Of a DNA stretch of 64,000 nucleotides, positions 49,250 to 63,560 are shown one piece after another. Position 1 is the stretch's first letter, and every line of letters starts with the position of its first letter. Where the stretch lies: NCBI GenBank assembly GCA_028534125.1, contig CM052817.1, forward strand, positions 87,484,001 to 87,548,000. The letters run 5' to 3'. Position numbers and translations under genes: made by a program. The notes beneath the pieces were generated by a model that saw only the letters and a program-made list of their open reading frames with translations, ran no database searches and was not told where the DNA came from. Source of the DNA: Lama glama (lineage: Eukaryota).

Positions 49250-51160
49250 ATTATATCTAACATTTTTACATGTAAGTATAATGAAGAAAAGTGCACAAAT
49301 CCTGCATTTACAGATCAATTAATTGTATCTTCCAAGCACACGCAGCAAGCATCACCCCAATCAAAGTATCAGACATCACCAAATACCCAGAAACTACCCA
49401 TGTGCCCTCTCCCTCCCACTATGCTCCCCCATGTATATACACTATTTTGATTTTTATCACCAGAGATTAGTTTTGCTTTCTGTATATTTTTAAATATCAT
49501 TAAAGGATGTCGGGGAGTGTACTCTTCTATGTTTCAGTTCTCTCTCTTAACATTCATTATATTTGGGAGGTACATCCATCAAGTTTTGCAGGTTGGTGTA
49601 AAGTGTTCATTGTTGCATATGCATTTCTGTTGTTACTGTATCTTGGTGTGGGGTTTGTACAACATAGGCCAGTATCAATGCTGATAGTTTTCCAAAGTAG
49701 TATTAACAATTACGAATTTACACTTATGTAGAATTCTATGACAGATTCACCTTCTCCATTTCCTTGCCAACACTTGATACTGCTTTTCTGTTGTTTTCTT
49801 TCTTTCTCTCTCTCTTTCTTTCCTTTTTTCTTTCATTTTAGCCATCCTAATGATCTGCAGTGGTATTTTCCTATGATTTTAATTTGGATTTGTCTCCAAT
49901 ATCGGCAGTTTTTCATATTTATTGTTATGTGCATTTAAAATTATTGCTAATATTGTAAACAGTTAAAATACATTTGAACTTAATCATTCATTTAGCCTTT
50001 GTAGTGGTCTTATTGTTTCCCTTTGTAGTATGTACATCAGAGTTTTTTTTATGTCTTAATAAATAAGTCACTTAATGCAGGGCTATTGGGAGAAATTTTC
50101 TTTTTTTGTTTGTTTGTTTGTCTGAAGACATCTTCATTTTAGCTTCATTTCTGAAGGATGCATTTATCGGCTATCGACATCTATGTTGGTCCTTTTCTTT
50201 CAGAATTTTAAACCTTCACTATATTATTTTCTTTCTTCTATCATCTCAATTACAGATTCAACTATCTTAATTTTTGTGTCTTTGAAAGCCATGTGCCTTT
50301 TTATTTCCTTTGGACTGCTATGGCTGTTTCTCTCTATCATTGCTTTTCAAATGTTTTACTGTAATGTGCTTACATGTGGTTTCTTTGTATTTAACCGTTT
50401 TTTAATGCGTTGGGCATCATGAATCTGGGGCTTGATGTATTTTATCAATTTTTTGGAATTTTTTTTCAAACGAATTCTCTCTTCTCTCCTTCAGAGACCC
50501 CACTTACATTTATTTAAATCTTTTTATTATGTCTGATGTTTCATTTTCTTTTTTGTGCTTTATTCCAATTCTTTTTTCTCTCCGTGTTTTATTCTCTACA
50601 TTTTCCACAGCCCTACTTCCAACCATTTTATTTCAACACTTTTTAGCATTCTATATGATAATTCTTTATAAATCTCAGTTCTCTAAATTCTCAATTGTGT
50701 CATCATTTTTGAAATTATAAATTAGTATGTACTTGATATTATTAATTTGTAAGTTTATCTGAGAAATAATATCTGCATCACCTGTGACTCTATTTATATT
50801 ATCTAATTTTTATTATTTTCTTTTTTCCCCAGCTAAAGTCCTTTGTCATGCTTTGTAATTTACTACTGAATACTGAACATTTTAATGATAAATTGCAGAG
50901 ACTCAGAGTGATGTTACCTTTCTCCAGAATAAAATTATTTTTTTCTTACCTATAGTTAGAATAGTAGCAGATCATATTAATCTGAGCAGAGACTGAGATG
51001 GTTCAAAGTTAAATTTAAAACTGAATAAATATTAGTCACTTTGCAGTTGATTTTCCTAGGATATAATATCTCATGGGTTTCAGTTAAATACTGGGGTTGT
51101 TTCCAGGATCTATTCTTCAAGGTAGGCTCTATACTTCTCTTTGTATATTTATTTTCCCAA
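49250..51160 (-). mobile_element. Old L1M(C/E) antisense remnants (3' UTR/ORF2 piece followed by ORF1/5' piece)
   Basis: 'ttcatttttagccatcctaatgatctgcagtggtattttc'-type ORF2 end and 'gcttcatttctgaaggatgcattt' (antisense ORF1). Confidence 0.7.
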
Positions 51161-51164
51161 ATTC

Positions 51165-51656
51165 ATTTATGTTTCTTTTAAAAGATATCTCATTTAATAT
51201 ATGTTGTTGATTTATTGACATTAAACTGCGTGGTCCACAGCACTAATAACTCATGCCTGAACAAAAGCTGTGCAACACACATATTTTCTCCATAAGGTAC
51301 ATCAGAGCCATCTTTGACTTAAGAACACAATATAGCACCTCGGCACTACAGTTGGAGACCATTTTAAATAGCAAAATCGCTAACAAAAAGCACAAAAGAG
51401 AAAAATATGGCACTAAATAGACACAAAAAAGACATTTGTTTACAGTACTATAGAGAGTTGAAACAGTGAAGCACAGTATCATCTTGTTTGTTCTCAGCTG
51501 GGAACCTGCTTGTGAGGCAACTAAAATGTTACCACTCTGCACCTGTCCACAAACGTCCTTAAATGTGCCACAAGTATGGGTCTGAGAATTGCAAATAAAT
51601 TTTAGTGAGAAGACAAATGCACAAATATGGAATTCAAGAATAATGAAGATAGGCTG
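51165..51656 (-). mobile_element. MER82 (TcMar-Tigger), one end missing
   Basis: 'ataactcatgcctgaac', 'tattttctccataaggtacatc', 'ctcagctgggaac', terminus 'gaataatgaagataggctg' followed by TA. Confidence 0.9.
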
Positions 51657-51909
51657 TATATGAATTCTTATTGTATATTTAAATATTAAAAAGCCACACA
51701 ATGCAGAGAGACATAGAGAGAAAATTCATATTAATACCTTTCGACTTGTGGAAAAGGCCTGATCAACACTATTTAAAATCTTTAGTTTGGCTGAAATTTA
51801 AAATTTTGATCTTCTAAAATGCTTAAGAGGAAAACATGGAAGAAATCTCAGATGTGTGCATACTTAATATTTGGTAGCTCTTTAAAGAGAGAGAAAACAA
51901 AAGAAAACT

Positions 51910-52430
51910 TGCCAGAAGAGGAATCAGTGGCCTCCAGACAAATACTACCAGAAACACACCTTTAACTGAAAAATATTGGGTTTATTGACTTGTTATAATG
52001 GGGAAGAGAGTGTGCTAATGGGAATTACGAAATGTCTGAGTAAGAAGGTGTTTAAAAGGAATTCTGATTTGACATTACGGTCTTGATGAATCTCACCTAA
52101 CACATAGCGGGGGTGTAGTGTTGCTAAGGCTGTAATAAGATGCAGAGGCAGCATTCACTCATCTGAGAGAAAGAGATGTGTGGTTAAAGCTGAGGTTTAG
52201 GTAATGTTCTTTTTCTTATTTAAATTCAGTTATAATATGGAGTGATCTTATTTTTGTCTTGATCCAGCATGTTCACAGAGTGGCCTTGCCTGATCCTGGT
52301 ATTTTGCAAGATTCACACATTCAAGGTGAGGACCAAGACCTAGCTGTGAGACCTAGCTATCTCCTAGCAACACCAATGCCTCATTGATAATGCCAGGGCA
52401 GATGGTGAAGGGCTGCTTTTCTTATTCTCA
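51910..52430 (-). mobile_element. MER90/MER110-like ERV1 LTR
   Basis: 'tttttgtcttgatccagcatgttcacagagtggccttgcctgat', 'cctagctgtgag', terminus 'ctgcttttcttattctca'. Confidence 0.75.
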
Positions 52431-53439
52431 AGGATGCAAAGTATTCAAAGCATTCCAAATAACCCATATTGCATCATCTCTGCTAAAATATAATACATGT
52501 TATTGAAAATCATACAGGTCTTATCACACTTTTGGGCATATAGGAGATGATGGTATTAAGATTAAAGCACATGACCTGTATTAACCCTAAAATATTAAAG
52601 TCTATTGCTGAGCATAGAGACAAGTATTTTGAAAGAAATATTGCACAATAATAAAATATCCACAGATAGTCAGTTTGCATGTTTTCTCTGCAAAAAAAAA
52701 TTCAGAATATTTAATTAAAAAAAAAACACCTTGATAGAAAATTCCAGAGTTTTATATGGGAATCTTGTTATTCCCTTTTAGTTTTGTGTGGTCACTTGCC
52801 TGCTTGTACTTCTACATATTTGTTTCTTCAAACATCAACAATATTCTCCTTTTAATGGGGTAGTGTGAATTCTACCTCTTGTAGTGGTTTATATTCAAAA
52901 TTCTTGGATGTGGATTCTGCTGTAAACTGGCAACCTGACTTAAGAAGTTACTATTATGGATATTCCAGTTTGTGGTTACAGTTGAACAATTTAAGGGCAT
53001 TATTATATGAAGCAAAGAAAAACAAAGTGTGATGTCGCTGTATCAGCAGCCAAAATGTTTTTATTAAAATTCTAATATAGATGCCTATTTTAAAACTACT
53101 GAATATATATCCAGTGTTATTGTTAAATTCTACTAGTCACGTCCAAAATGTGTTTTAAAAATGTCCTTTAATAAGGTAAATAAATCTTGAATACTGCTCC
53201 CCCCAAATCAGAAAATCAATGGATTTAAAGTCAACAGCTGAATTGATGAAATCATTCATTGGATAGCTCTAAAAAATGTTGAATTATAATGTTAATTTAC
53301 ATACACAGCAGAGACAGAATAATATGACAGTCCCAAATTTTCAGCCCCATATCATCTACCTGCAAATAACGCATTTTCTCAATAATAAGTTAGATGATTT
53401 AGAACAAACACTAATTTTTTCTTCTACAACCAACTTGGT

Positions 53440-53640
53440 GCATCTTGGGGTTGAACTCAGGTGTGCCTCCCAGGCCTCCCATAAGACTCCAACTCGAACT
53501 TCCACCTTTGTTCCCCATCTGTGACCATTGGGTGTCGTAGGCCAAGCCCCAGCTTCCAGTTCTGCAGGGGATGAATGCTAGCTACTCAGCTCAGCTGGTA
53601 GAGTTGACATTCTCATCCATCACAGTCCTTTTGAAGATGC
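53440..53640 (+). mobile_element. Probable old MLT1 LTR fragment
   Basis: GC-richer island with 'ccaagccccagcttccagttctgcaggggatg'. Confidence 0.35.
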
Positions 53641-55169
53641 CTTGACTCTTTACTCTCAGATTAAGGGTCTACATCTCTATCCTACACTAAGAATTGTTGT
53701 TGCTGCTGTTTTTGATGCCAGATTAAACAGATCTCAAGGGATACTTTGTTGTCAGATGCATTTAGATGCTTTTACCAAATTTAGTTTCATAGGAAAATTC
53801 CGATTTGCAATATTTTTTTTCCCTTAAAGTTTTTAGACTTTCTTTTGGTTGGAAATAGGTCATTGGTAATTCAGAGATCTCAGTGTAATTGTTACTTGTG
53901 TTTTTATTAGAGCTGTCAAAGTGAATTAAAAAAATATAGTTTGTGTTTAATAATGACACAGAAATGCTATTCTCAATTTTTAATGTAAATGCTACACTGA
54001 AAGAATAAAACTACTTTGCCATTTGAGCTATTATACATATTTCATTGACAAATAATTTCAATGGTATAAAAATTACTGCAAATTTTAATACAGAACTCAA
54101 ATTATAATTGAGTTTTCACATATTAAAAGAGAGACTAAACTTTCCTTTCTTGTAGACATCTGAGTTTAATACTAATTACCTAGGTATGAGTTTAAACCTC
54201 ATTCTCAGCAGTTGAAGCCTATAGTTTAGTGTTACTTTTCCAGTAAAATCTGTTTTAACATAAATTAGTCTGATCTTCAAAATATTGAGGCAAATTGATC
54301 CTAACATAAAAGTCAGTTGCAAACATCAATGTATTATATAAGAAATTGAATAATAGGCTATTTCAAAGGTAGTATATCATATATGATATATAATTCCAGA
54401 TACATTCAAATCTAACAAAGTTCTTTCACCTGAGCTAACTAAAGTAATACTTAAAAGTATTAAATTATCTTCATAAAATTATAAATGAAATTGTGGCAGA
54501 TCAGTGTTTAGGTAACTGAAACAGAGGGATGTTGACTAACTAAAGTATAAATGAGCTGCAGAAAAACTAGTAAATTTATATATAACAATCTAGTCAACCA
54601 AAATAGTGATTGTATTTGCCTTTGGGAAAACAATCTAAAAAAGTGCTTCTTTCTCCTGTTCTGTCAATTCCCTGCTGGAACTGGTTTGAGAAGGAGTTAA
54701 AAAGATTTGCTGAGGACCCAGTATAACAGGGTAGGATTAAATTCATGGACAGAACCTGGAATCCCAAATGTGGGGAACGAAAAATCAATAGAAAAGGAAG
54801 CTGTGGCTTAAATTTAATACTCTCAGTTTTCATGAAGTATTACATCTGGAAATAAATGAGAGCTAGAGAATTAACACAGACTGAATGATTCATTTGCAAA
54901 AAAGAACGATCTATAGAACCTTAACAGATTAGGCTAATTTATTGGCAAAACATTGTGAATTAGAAAAGTAGAAATACATTTTCTTGACCTGGGAAATACA
55001 CCAGTATCAAAAAATAAACTTTGTTTTGTTGTCTTTTATCACTGTTTTGGTCATGATTTTCAGCCTATTTACCAATTAAAGGGGTGAATGGGCAAGGTTT
55101 CTGATATTTTCTGATTTTATTCTACTACTTGCTTCTTAAACGCAGAGTCTTCAAGTCTCTGTCCACAGA

Positions 55170-55360
55170 TAATCTCTTGGTACTTTTCTAAAATAATCTC
55201 CACTCTCTAGGTTTCATTTGTCACTTCCACCCAAACCCTTACCAAGTTTGTATCTCAAAACTTGACCTTCAGTTTTGTTCCCAAATGCCTGATAAACATC
55301 TCCCACAAAGTATCATAAAGACACCTCAAACTTAATATACCCTGCACTAAGTTTCCTAAT
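55170..55360 (+). mobile_element. L2 fragment (continues at about 58030)
   Basis: 'tgcctgataaacatctccc...gacacctcaaacttaatatacc'. Confidence 0.7.
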
Positions 55361-55539
55361 TTTTAAAAAAATTTAAGATGTTTTAAAAATAAAAGTACAA
55401 GAAAGAGAAGAACAATATTCATTTTTCTACCACCTGATTTAATCTCTAACAATGTGGTATAGTTTCTACTAATTTTTTTTTATTGTAAATGGAATTTTTG
55501 TAAAACTGGCATATTCTTATGAAAATTTCAAACATTACA

Positions 55540-56241
55540 ATGAACAATTTCACTCCTGGATATATACCCCCCCAAAAAAGGAAAAAACCCAAAACACTAT
55601 TTTAAAAAGATACATGTACCCCAATGTTCATAGCAGCATTATCTATAATTGCCAATATATCAAAGCAACCTAAGTGTCTATCAACAGATGAATAGGTAAA
55701 GAAAATGTGGTGTGTACGTATGTGTGTGTATATACATATATATACACACACATACGTACATACATACACACACATATAGTATATATTACAATAGAATATT
55801 ACTCAGCCATTAAAAATAAACAAAATTTTGCCATTTGCAGCAACATAGATGGACTTGGGGAGCATTATGCTATGTGAAGTAAGTCAGACAGAGAAAGACA
55901 AATACTATATGCTATCACTTATATGTAGAATCTAAAAAATACAAGAAACTAGTGGATATAAAATAAAAGAAGCAGACTTACAGATACAGAGAACAAATTA
56001 ATGGTTACCAGTGCTCAGAGGGAAGGTCAAAGGGGCAATACAGGGGTGAAGGAGTAAGAGATACAAACTATTATGTATGAAATAAGCTGCAAGGCTATAT
56101 TGTACAACATGGGGAATATAGCCAATATACAAATGGAGTATAACCTTTAAAAATTGTAAATCACTATATTGCATACCTGGAATTTATATAATATTGAACA
56201 GCAAGTATACATCAATAAAAATAAATTAAATTTATTTTTTC
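55540..56241 (+). mobile_element. 5'-truncated L1 3' end
   Basis: 'ccaatgttcatagcagcatt', 'gccatttgcagcaacatagatggacttgg', AATAAA near 56214. Candidate TSD aaaatttcaaa at 55522-55532 / 56242-56252. Confidence 0.9.
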
Positions 56242-56319
56242 AAAATTTCAAAAAAAGCAGGTGGATGAAAGTGAAATATCAGACCAAATCCCATGACCCA
56301 GATTAGGAAAAGGAAGTAA

Positions 56320-58015
56320 GTATCATTGCAGAGAATTTTCGATTCAAAATTCACCACCGTTCTTTAACACAGCTAATCTTTTACCAAGCTCAATATTTAA
56401 ATTCATCTTTTGTTTGTCTAAATATAGGGGTCAAGTAGGTAACCTCCCACTTCACCCACAAGAACTGAAGGGGGCTATATTTATTGAATTTGTTCATTGT
56501 TGAGAGGTCTGTTGATTCTGTTCCTGAATGGACTGTATGCTGGTAATAAAATTCTCAAAGCATTCTTGCCCACAAATTTTGTAGACATTCCTCTCTTGTC
56601 TTTTAACATTCATTCTGTTTTCTCATTCTTTAAAGAAAGAACTGAAACCAGACTGATGCATTTCACCTATGCTATAATTTGCTTTTCCTAACTGTATTTA
56701 CCAAATTAATTTTTCTTTTTTCCATCTTTGAAAAATAATTGCATATTAAAATAAGTCTGTTTTATTAAATTCCTTAGATCATGGGGCAATTTTTGATATT
56801 CAGTTCTTTCTTCATTTTAAGAAAATACATTTTGTTTTCCATTTTGCATCTTGATACTCTTGAAATATATTATGATATCCCTTCATACGTTTTAAATATT
56901 TTTAAATGTTTTTGCAACAATTGTCATCATCTCAAGATTTCCACTGTGACAGTGATAGGACTTTTTAATGGTGTATCCATCTCTTCCATGTTCTTTCTAA
57001 CTATAAAGTCCAACTTCGTGTTGTGTTGGTTCTGATTATCTTAGGTCTGAAATCCCCTTTTTATCTCATTCTGTTGTTTAATCATCTGGTATTGAGCTTT
57101 GTTTCCTAAATTATATTCTTACTATGCTGATTCATACAGGAAGAAGCAATTGTGAGAAATTTCCCCTTCTTCCTTTAACTGACCTCTTAGACTTTGAGAT
57201 ACTATGATTTTTTCTATTATTGTATCTGTTTTAATATTTTTTTTAATTTATTGGCATTTGATAGTTCCTTCATTACCTGCTATTAACTTTGTAGGCTTAC
57301 TTTTTTTAGTCCAGCTCTGTCCAACACTGAAATTTGCTTTCATGACTGCACGCGAATTCTTGTCATTCTTTCCATGGTATCTGAGGATAGTTTGTTCGCC
57401 CCCGTGGGCTCCAGTGTGAGGGCTGAGTATGGCCTAGAGTGTTTGGTGAGAGGAGGTGGAAATCGCAGCTGAGGAGATAAAGCTGAGAGTTTTAAAAATA
57501 TCTGTACCAAAGTTCATTCGCCTAAGTGTCAGGGACAAAGAAGAGTAAAGAATTTTTATGTGATCTCAATTATTTACTCGGTTTAAGAACAGACTTGGAA
57601 GGTTTACTTTGTTCAGAGAGAGTCATCTCCATCGTGTATTTTCCCCAGCCTACCTACTTATTCTCAGCAGCTGTTTCCACTAATTCTCGAACAAAAAAGA
57701 AAAACAAATGATACACTATTCAGTTTGCTTCTGCCTGGATTTGAGAGTATTAATAAGGTTCTTCGGGTTCTGTGAACACAACTCTGTGGTACCAAGTGGT
57801 GGAGTACTGTGTTTGCCCTCTGTTTAAGAATCTTCAATTACTTTGAGATTTGATGTTTAAAAGTGTAAGACATGAGAGCATGCTTTTTCCTTTTTTTGAT
57901 AACCACTTGGAGTGTTTTATTTAGTTTTGATCCTTACTATGTTTAGTTTATTTTCATTGGGTTTTAAGAAAGTCAGATTCTAAGACACAGATTCAAACAG
58001 CCTTCCCAAACAGTT
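56320..58015 (-). mobile_element. HAL1/L1ME-like antisense remnant
   Basis: T-rich, with 'ggactgtatgctggtaataaaattctc' and 'ttctctcttgtcttttaacatt'-type antisense ORF1 pieces. Highly diverged. Confidence 0.5.
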
Positions 58016-58029
58016 CGAATTGCCAAACT

Positions 58030-58270
58030 TAATTATCACGATTTATTCCAAACCTGTTTTTCATTAATGTTTTATAGCTAATCTAGGGCTACCATTTTCT
58101 TTCCAGTCATTAAAGTTAAAAGCTCTGGAGTTCTTTTTGACTCCTTTTCTCATTCTTCTTCAACAATAATCAGCCATCAAGCTACAAATCTCAGTGACAT
58201 TTTTCCCTTTTTGTCTCTGAATTACAAGTTCCTACTTCAATGCCACATCTCTTCTATAATGGACTAAGAG
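58030..58270 (+). mobile_element. L2 fragment, collinear continuation of 55170-55360
   Basis: 'ctaccattttcttccagtc...ctggagttctttttgactccttttctc...aatcagccatcaag'. Confidence 0.65.
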
Positions 58271-59197
58271 GCAAACCACTCCATTTAGACTTTTGGCTAC
58301 TAATCCCCATTAACTTTCCAAAATAACAAAGAAACAAGCTTTTACTGGTACCAACTATGCAAGCTACATTTAATGATCTCTCTTACCCTCAAATATTTTG
58401 GGGCTTTTATGTTAACACAAACATCTCTCAAATGACACAGCTGGCTAACCAGGGACAGAAGTAGGATTTGGATCCACATATGACTGAATCCATTCCTGCT
58501 CCCATTTCATTACTCTAGGTATTTTTCTATTTCTTCATCTAACTTCTAAGCTAATATATGTAGCATATGCAGCCCATTTTCAGATAGTTAAGATGATAAA
58601 TAATATATTATAAAAACATAAATCTAAAAGGGCACTATGGAGATTTTTTTTAAAAGTCTTTTATATTAGATGAAATCTCGATAAAAAATAATAATCTTGC
58701 TAAATGTATTTCTTGACTTTATTACCAAAAGCCACTGATAGTAAATTGCATTAGAACATAAATAAGGGGATAACTACATTTGTTCATTAGAAATTTTTTA
58801 ATACTGAGAAGCCCAGATCAGTCAGGAATAAAAATAAAATGAAGGAAAAGAAAATTACCCCTTTTCCTACAACAAAATATTCCCATTGAAATTCAAATTA
58901 ATGTGACATCTAAGTGTCACATCCCAAGGAACACTTCCTCTGACTTGTTTCTTCTTAATAATTCTAGAACTATTAGATTCTAGTAGCTATCTAGTAATTC
59001 TGTGAACCAGTAAAATAGGACCATTTTCATTATAATTTCTTAAAGTATGATCAAAACATTTCAGAAAACTTCACCTAATATAATTTTAATTTAGTATAAA
59101 TGTTTTCTCATTTCATTTCATAAGTGATCTAAAGTTCCATGCTTTAGGGTTGTTATGTGTTTTCCAGAGGCCCAATGGAGTTTGATTTTACTGTACA

Positions 59198-59650
59198 TTT
59201 AAATTTATTTTTATTGAAATGTGGTTGATTTACAATATTGTGTCAATTTCAGGTATACAGATAGTGATTTTTTTTTTTGCAGATTATACTCCATTGTAGA
59301 TTATTACAAGATATTGGGCATAATTCCCTGTGCTATATAGTAAATCTTGTTGCTTATCTATTTTATGTATAGTAGTTGTTAATCTATCCCCTATTCCTAA
59401 TTTGTCCTTTCCCTTGCCTTTGGTACCAATGTTTGTTTTCTATGTCTGTGCGTCTGTTTTTGTTTTGTATACAGATTCATTTGTATTATATTTTAGATTC
59501 TACCTATAAAAGTAAGTGATATCATATAGTAATTGTCTTTTTTTCCTGAAATTTTTCACTTAGCATTATGTTCTCTAGATCTGTCCATTTTGCTGCAAAT
59601 GACAAGATTTCATTATTTTTATAGCTGAGTAATATTCCATTATATATATG
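59198..59650 (-). mobile_element. Cetartiodactyl-type L1 3' end
   Basis: 'ttttattgaaatgtggttgatttacaatattgtg...aattccctgtgctatatagtaa...gctgagtaatattccatt'. Confidence 0.9.
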
Positions 59651-62600
59651 CCTTCAAGTAGCCATGTGGACCCAGGGACAGTCATTCAAAGGGACACCAG
59701 TCATCCTGGATGACAAGAGCCCCAAATATGTATCATTGCCCTTCCCACTGGAAGGAAATGATGGAAGTCGGGGAGACTTTTCACAGACACAAGCACATCA
59801 GCCAACCCTACGAAAGTGGAAATTTCTAAAAAATAAACTTGCTTGTTTGCTCTGTTTTCTGTAACTTTTGCTAAATACTTTATATATTTTTAATGTTAAA
59901 AAGCTGTGTTTCCTGCCAGCATTCCTCATTCTGATATGAATGTGTTTATCCACATTGTATATCCTTCCATCCCCTGGTTGCCTAGATCAGTAATAAAATT
60001 GATGTACTATAATATGTAAGTAAAACTATTGAAGCTTGGACCCTATAGAGGCTGTAATCTGCCCTTCCCCCCACCCTCCCCTTTACTGCACTCCAGAGTT
60101 TAGCAAAAGCTCATAACATGAAAGCACAACACAGCACAAAGACACAAAAATTCTCTTCTCAGAACGTTGTATCCATGTAACAAATGTTTGTGCTAACTGC
60201 CAGATTTAGCTTTGAATATGTTAATAATTGTTCCTTAGTGCCAGTTCCCTAAACCTGAAGTGGTATTGACTCCATCTCAGATTTACTGAGTAAGATCATG
60301 GGTGGTTCATGATAGTAACAGGATTTCCAAGTAGCTCCTTTATGGTGGGAAGAAGAAATCAAATGAATGTATACTGATTCATGACATGAAGCATTGAAGC
60401 GTTGCTGCTGACTGTTAGAAATTGACAACAATCAATCAGTTTGACAAGCAGCAATTAAAAACAAGGTAGCTGTAATTGAAGAACTATGTCAACCAGCTTA
60501 TAAGTGAAGGGGCAGAGGCACGAACAGTGACAAGATCTAAAAACACTGGATCTTTTTATTAATCAAAGGGCAGACTTCATAACTATAGTCTGTAATGAGC
60601 CTTCCAAATAATGTCTTTTTTATTGTTCAGGTAACATCTAATCCAAAAATTATGGATATATGTAGAGTTATACATAATTAGAGCACAAAGCTATGCTTTA
60701 CAAGCAATGTTCTGTGGGCTTACCCTTCATTCTTTTAAAACAATTCTAGAAACAAGGGAGCTATGGTGTGAAAATGTTCAAACAATTTTGTATAGCATTT
60801 GTACAGCTTGAAAAATTTGATGTCTTAAGAATGCAGGGCTCTTCTTATAAGGCACAGTGCATTGTCAATCACAGTAAAAGGAAAATTGTAAATTGTGTAG
60901 AGTGATGCATTTAAAAAGGAAGTCTAACATGTTTACACACTGTGCCAATTTTATTCTTCAGTTTATAAGAATGTTAAAAAGAGAAGTAAAGATAATGTTA
61001 GTAGTAAAAATAATTATAGGTTATTTTAGTGTTTCTTCTGGAGTTTAAAATAACTTTTAGGGACTGAAGTCCATGGTGAAATTAAAATAGCCACATATTA
61101 AGGAATCAGTTTTATGTGTCATTTCTCTTTTATCATTTATACACAGGTAAAACAAGGTGGTGTGAGGCACACTATAATGACTTTCGGCCACATTGACTGT
61201 ACTGCTTTTACAACTGTAATGCTTAATAACAAAGGGGAGAGAATGTTAATCACATGTCAGCTGCTTTACATAAGAGCAGAAACCTGTAGGAATTTTTAAA
61301 ATAAAACTGAGTATTTTCAAACCCTGATAAACAGTGTTGATATATAATTTAGAGGGTTAAGACAATAGCAATATCTACAATATCTGCTTGTATTTATTTG
61401 CAAAGACAATTATGTGCCAATTCAACATGCAGGCGTTTAGAGTAGTCTGTGTTGAGCATCATTTTAGACAATGAAACGCACTTGCAAATTAACTGGATGG
61501 CATTAGTGGATGGTGTGTGGCCAATGATCATTAAAAATAAAGTAAGTCCTTAGGAAAAATTAGATTAAGCTAGGATGTGACCCAGATTTTCTAAATCTGA
61601 TTTATGACATTCTGCCCATTCTGCTTCACTATATGATAATTAGTTCCTTCGTAAATATTTTAAAAACTCTTACATTGTAAAACAAACAAGCATACATTTG
61701 AAATTAGGATGGGTGGATTTTATTCTTTAAAAAGGGAGTTAGAATAAAGTCATTAACTGCATCCATTGTGGAAGCAGGGAATGTGCCAATGGGAAATCAC
61801 ATTGTTATGAGTGCACAGTAACATTTTGAGTTATATATTTTCCCAAAGATGGGAGATTATGAAACCATTCAAACCATGGATGGTCCAAGATATGCAGCCC
61901 CAAAAGAACAGTGCCCCTAAATCATGGGCAGAGGATACAAACTATTTCTTATGATTTTTTTTTTTTTTGAGCTGTTGCTGGTTGAAAACAGAGATGGTAG
62001 GCAAAAGACATCCTCAGTAATGAAGCTACTCAAAACTGAAAGGTTAAACTGGGAGGAAAAGTAAAAGAAAAAAAAAAGTCCTGCAATTTTAGTTTCTCCT
62101 ATCTTGATGGGCAATAGTTTTCCAAGATGAAAAAGAAAAAAAAAATTCCAACTTAACATTCCTCCATAAGAGAAATTATTTGAAAAATAATTATTCAATT
62201 AATTAAATACAAGGCAAGGATATTAAATCTTGCTCAATTGGTATGCCCTACACACAGTTAAATCTTAAACATCTGGTGAATTTGGAGGTAGATAATCTCC
62301 ACAATTAAAGTAACTATGGTTCTGTTATTAAATTTTTACAAGTTTTCCACTCAATGGTTAGACCCTGACCTGAAAACAATCAAGCCTTATCCATTTATGT
62401 TATCTTCCTCTTCCTAAATTCACTGCACAAATGCCCAATTTTTACTTTTATTTTTCCCATGTTTCCCTGTTTTCACAAATACCAGCCACTAGGATGATGG
62501 AGAGGTTGAGAGCCTTTCCTTTAAATCCCATAAAGACCATGTCAAAAGGTCATCAGAAATGAGAAATACAGGCACACTCTGAAATATGGAACAGCATACT

Positions 62601-63193
62601 GCTAACATGCTCTGATAGACACATCAGAAAATATCTCATACATGCAAATGGCATTCCAGAACAAAAGACTGTCACTTCTTTCTTTGAAAAATAGCTGTCT
62701 AGCTTATCTGTCTTTCCTCACCCACACAATTGCCTTCATAAAAGTAGAAGATACACAATATGGATTGAAAGGCACATTTCATGTTTATGCAAAAGAAAAA
62801 AAGTGAATTTATAAAAATGAATATAGTGATGTAAATAAGTAAAAAAAAATGCCTATATGCAACATGAAGCTCTCAGATATATCAAGTGAAATAAGTAGTT
62901 CCAAGTTTTTCAGAGGTTTGTAGCTCTTATCGAGTAGCAAAAACAGATCATTTATTTTGGAAACACTATGAGTTTTTAAAAACAATAGCCACAAAACCCA
63001 GATTTACTAATAATTCAAAAAGATCTCTTTTGGCTATTCTTTGGTAGGGGTGAAAGTGTGAGGAATAAGGAAAGTCATCCAGCATGAGGTAATGAAAGGA
63101 GAAGGGGCATATTTTATTCAGGGAAGAGATGTCTAAGCATCATAATCTATGTGAACAGTGTGAAAATTATTCATAAAAATGTCAATTACTTTG

Positions 63194-63560
63194 TGTGATA
63201 CCTAATTTTATGTGTCAACTTGGCCAGGTCAACGGATGACCAGCTATTTGATCAAAAACTATTCTGTGGGGATGTTGCGGATGAGGTTAATCTTTGAATA
63301 AGTAAATAAACTGAGTAAAGCTGATTGCTATTCTTAATGAGGGTGGGCCTCATCCAATCAGTTGAAGGCCTGAAGAGACTATCTGGTTGACTCTCCTGTC
63401 AGTAATAGAGAACTCCTCCTACCTGACTACCTTGAGCTAAGACATTGGATTTTTCCTGCTTTTGGTCTCAGACTCTAGCATCAGCTCTTGGGTCTCAAGC
63501 CTGCCAAGTCTTGAGCTGAAACCCCCATAAATGCACAAACCAATTCCTTATATATATATA
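63194..63560 (+). mobile_element. MLT2C/D-like ERVL LTR lacking its 3' terminus
   Basis: Starts 'tgtgatacctaattttatgtgtcaacttggcc'. Contains 'gggtgggcctcatccaatcagttgaaggcctgaa'. Confidence 0.9.

Noticed and set aside
51243..51701. 152-aa ORF, the longest in the track
   Set aside because: Coincides with the non-autonomous MER82 element. No intact transposase domain.
54594..54833. Minus-strand ORF/exon candidate
   Set aside because: Weak acceptor, no convincing GT donor, and the peptide is not recognised.
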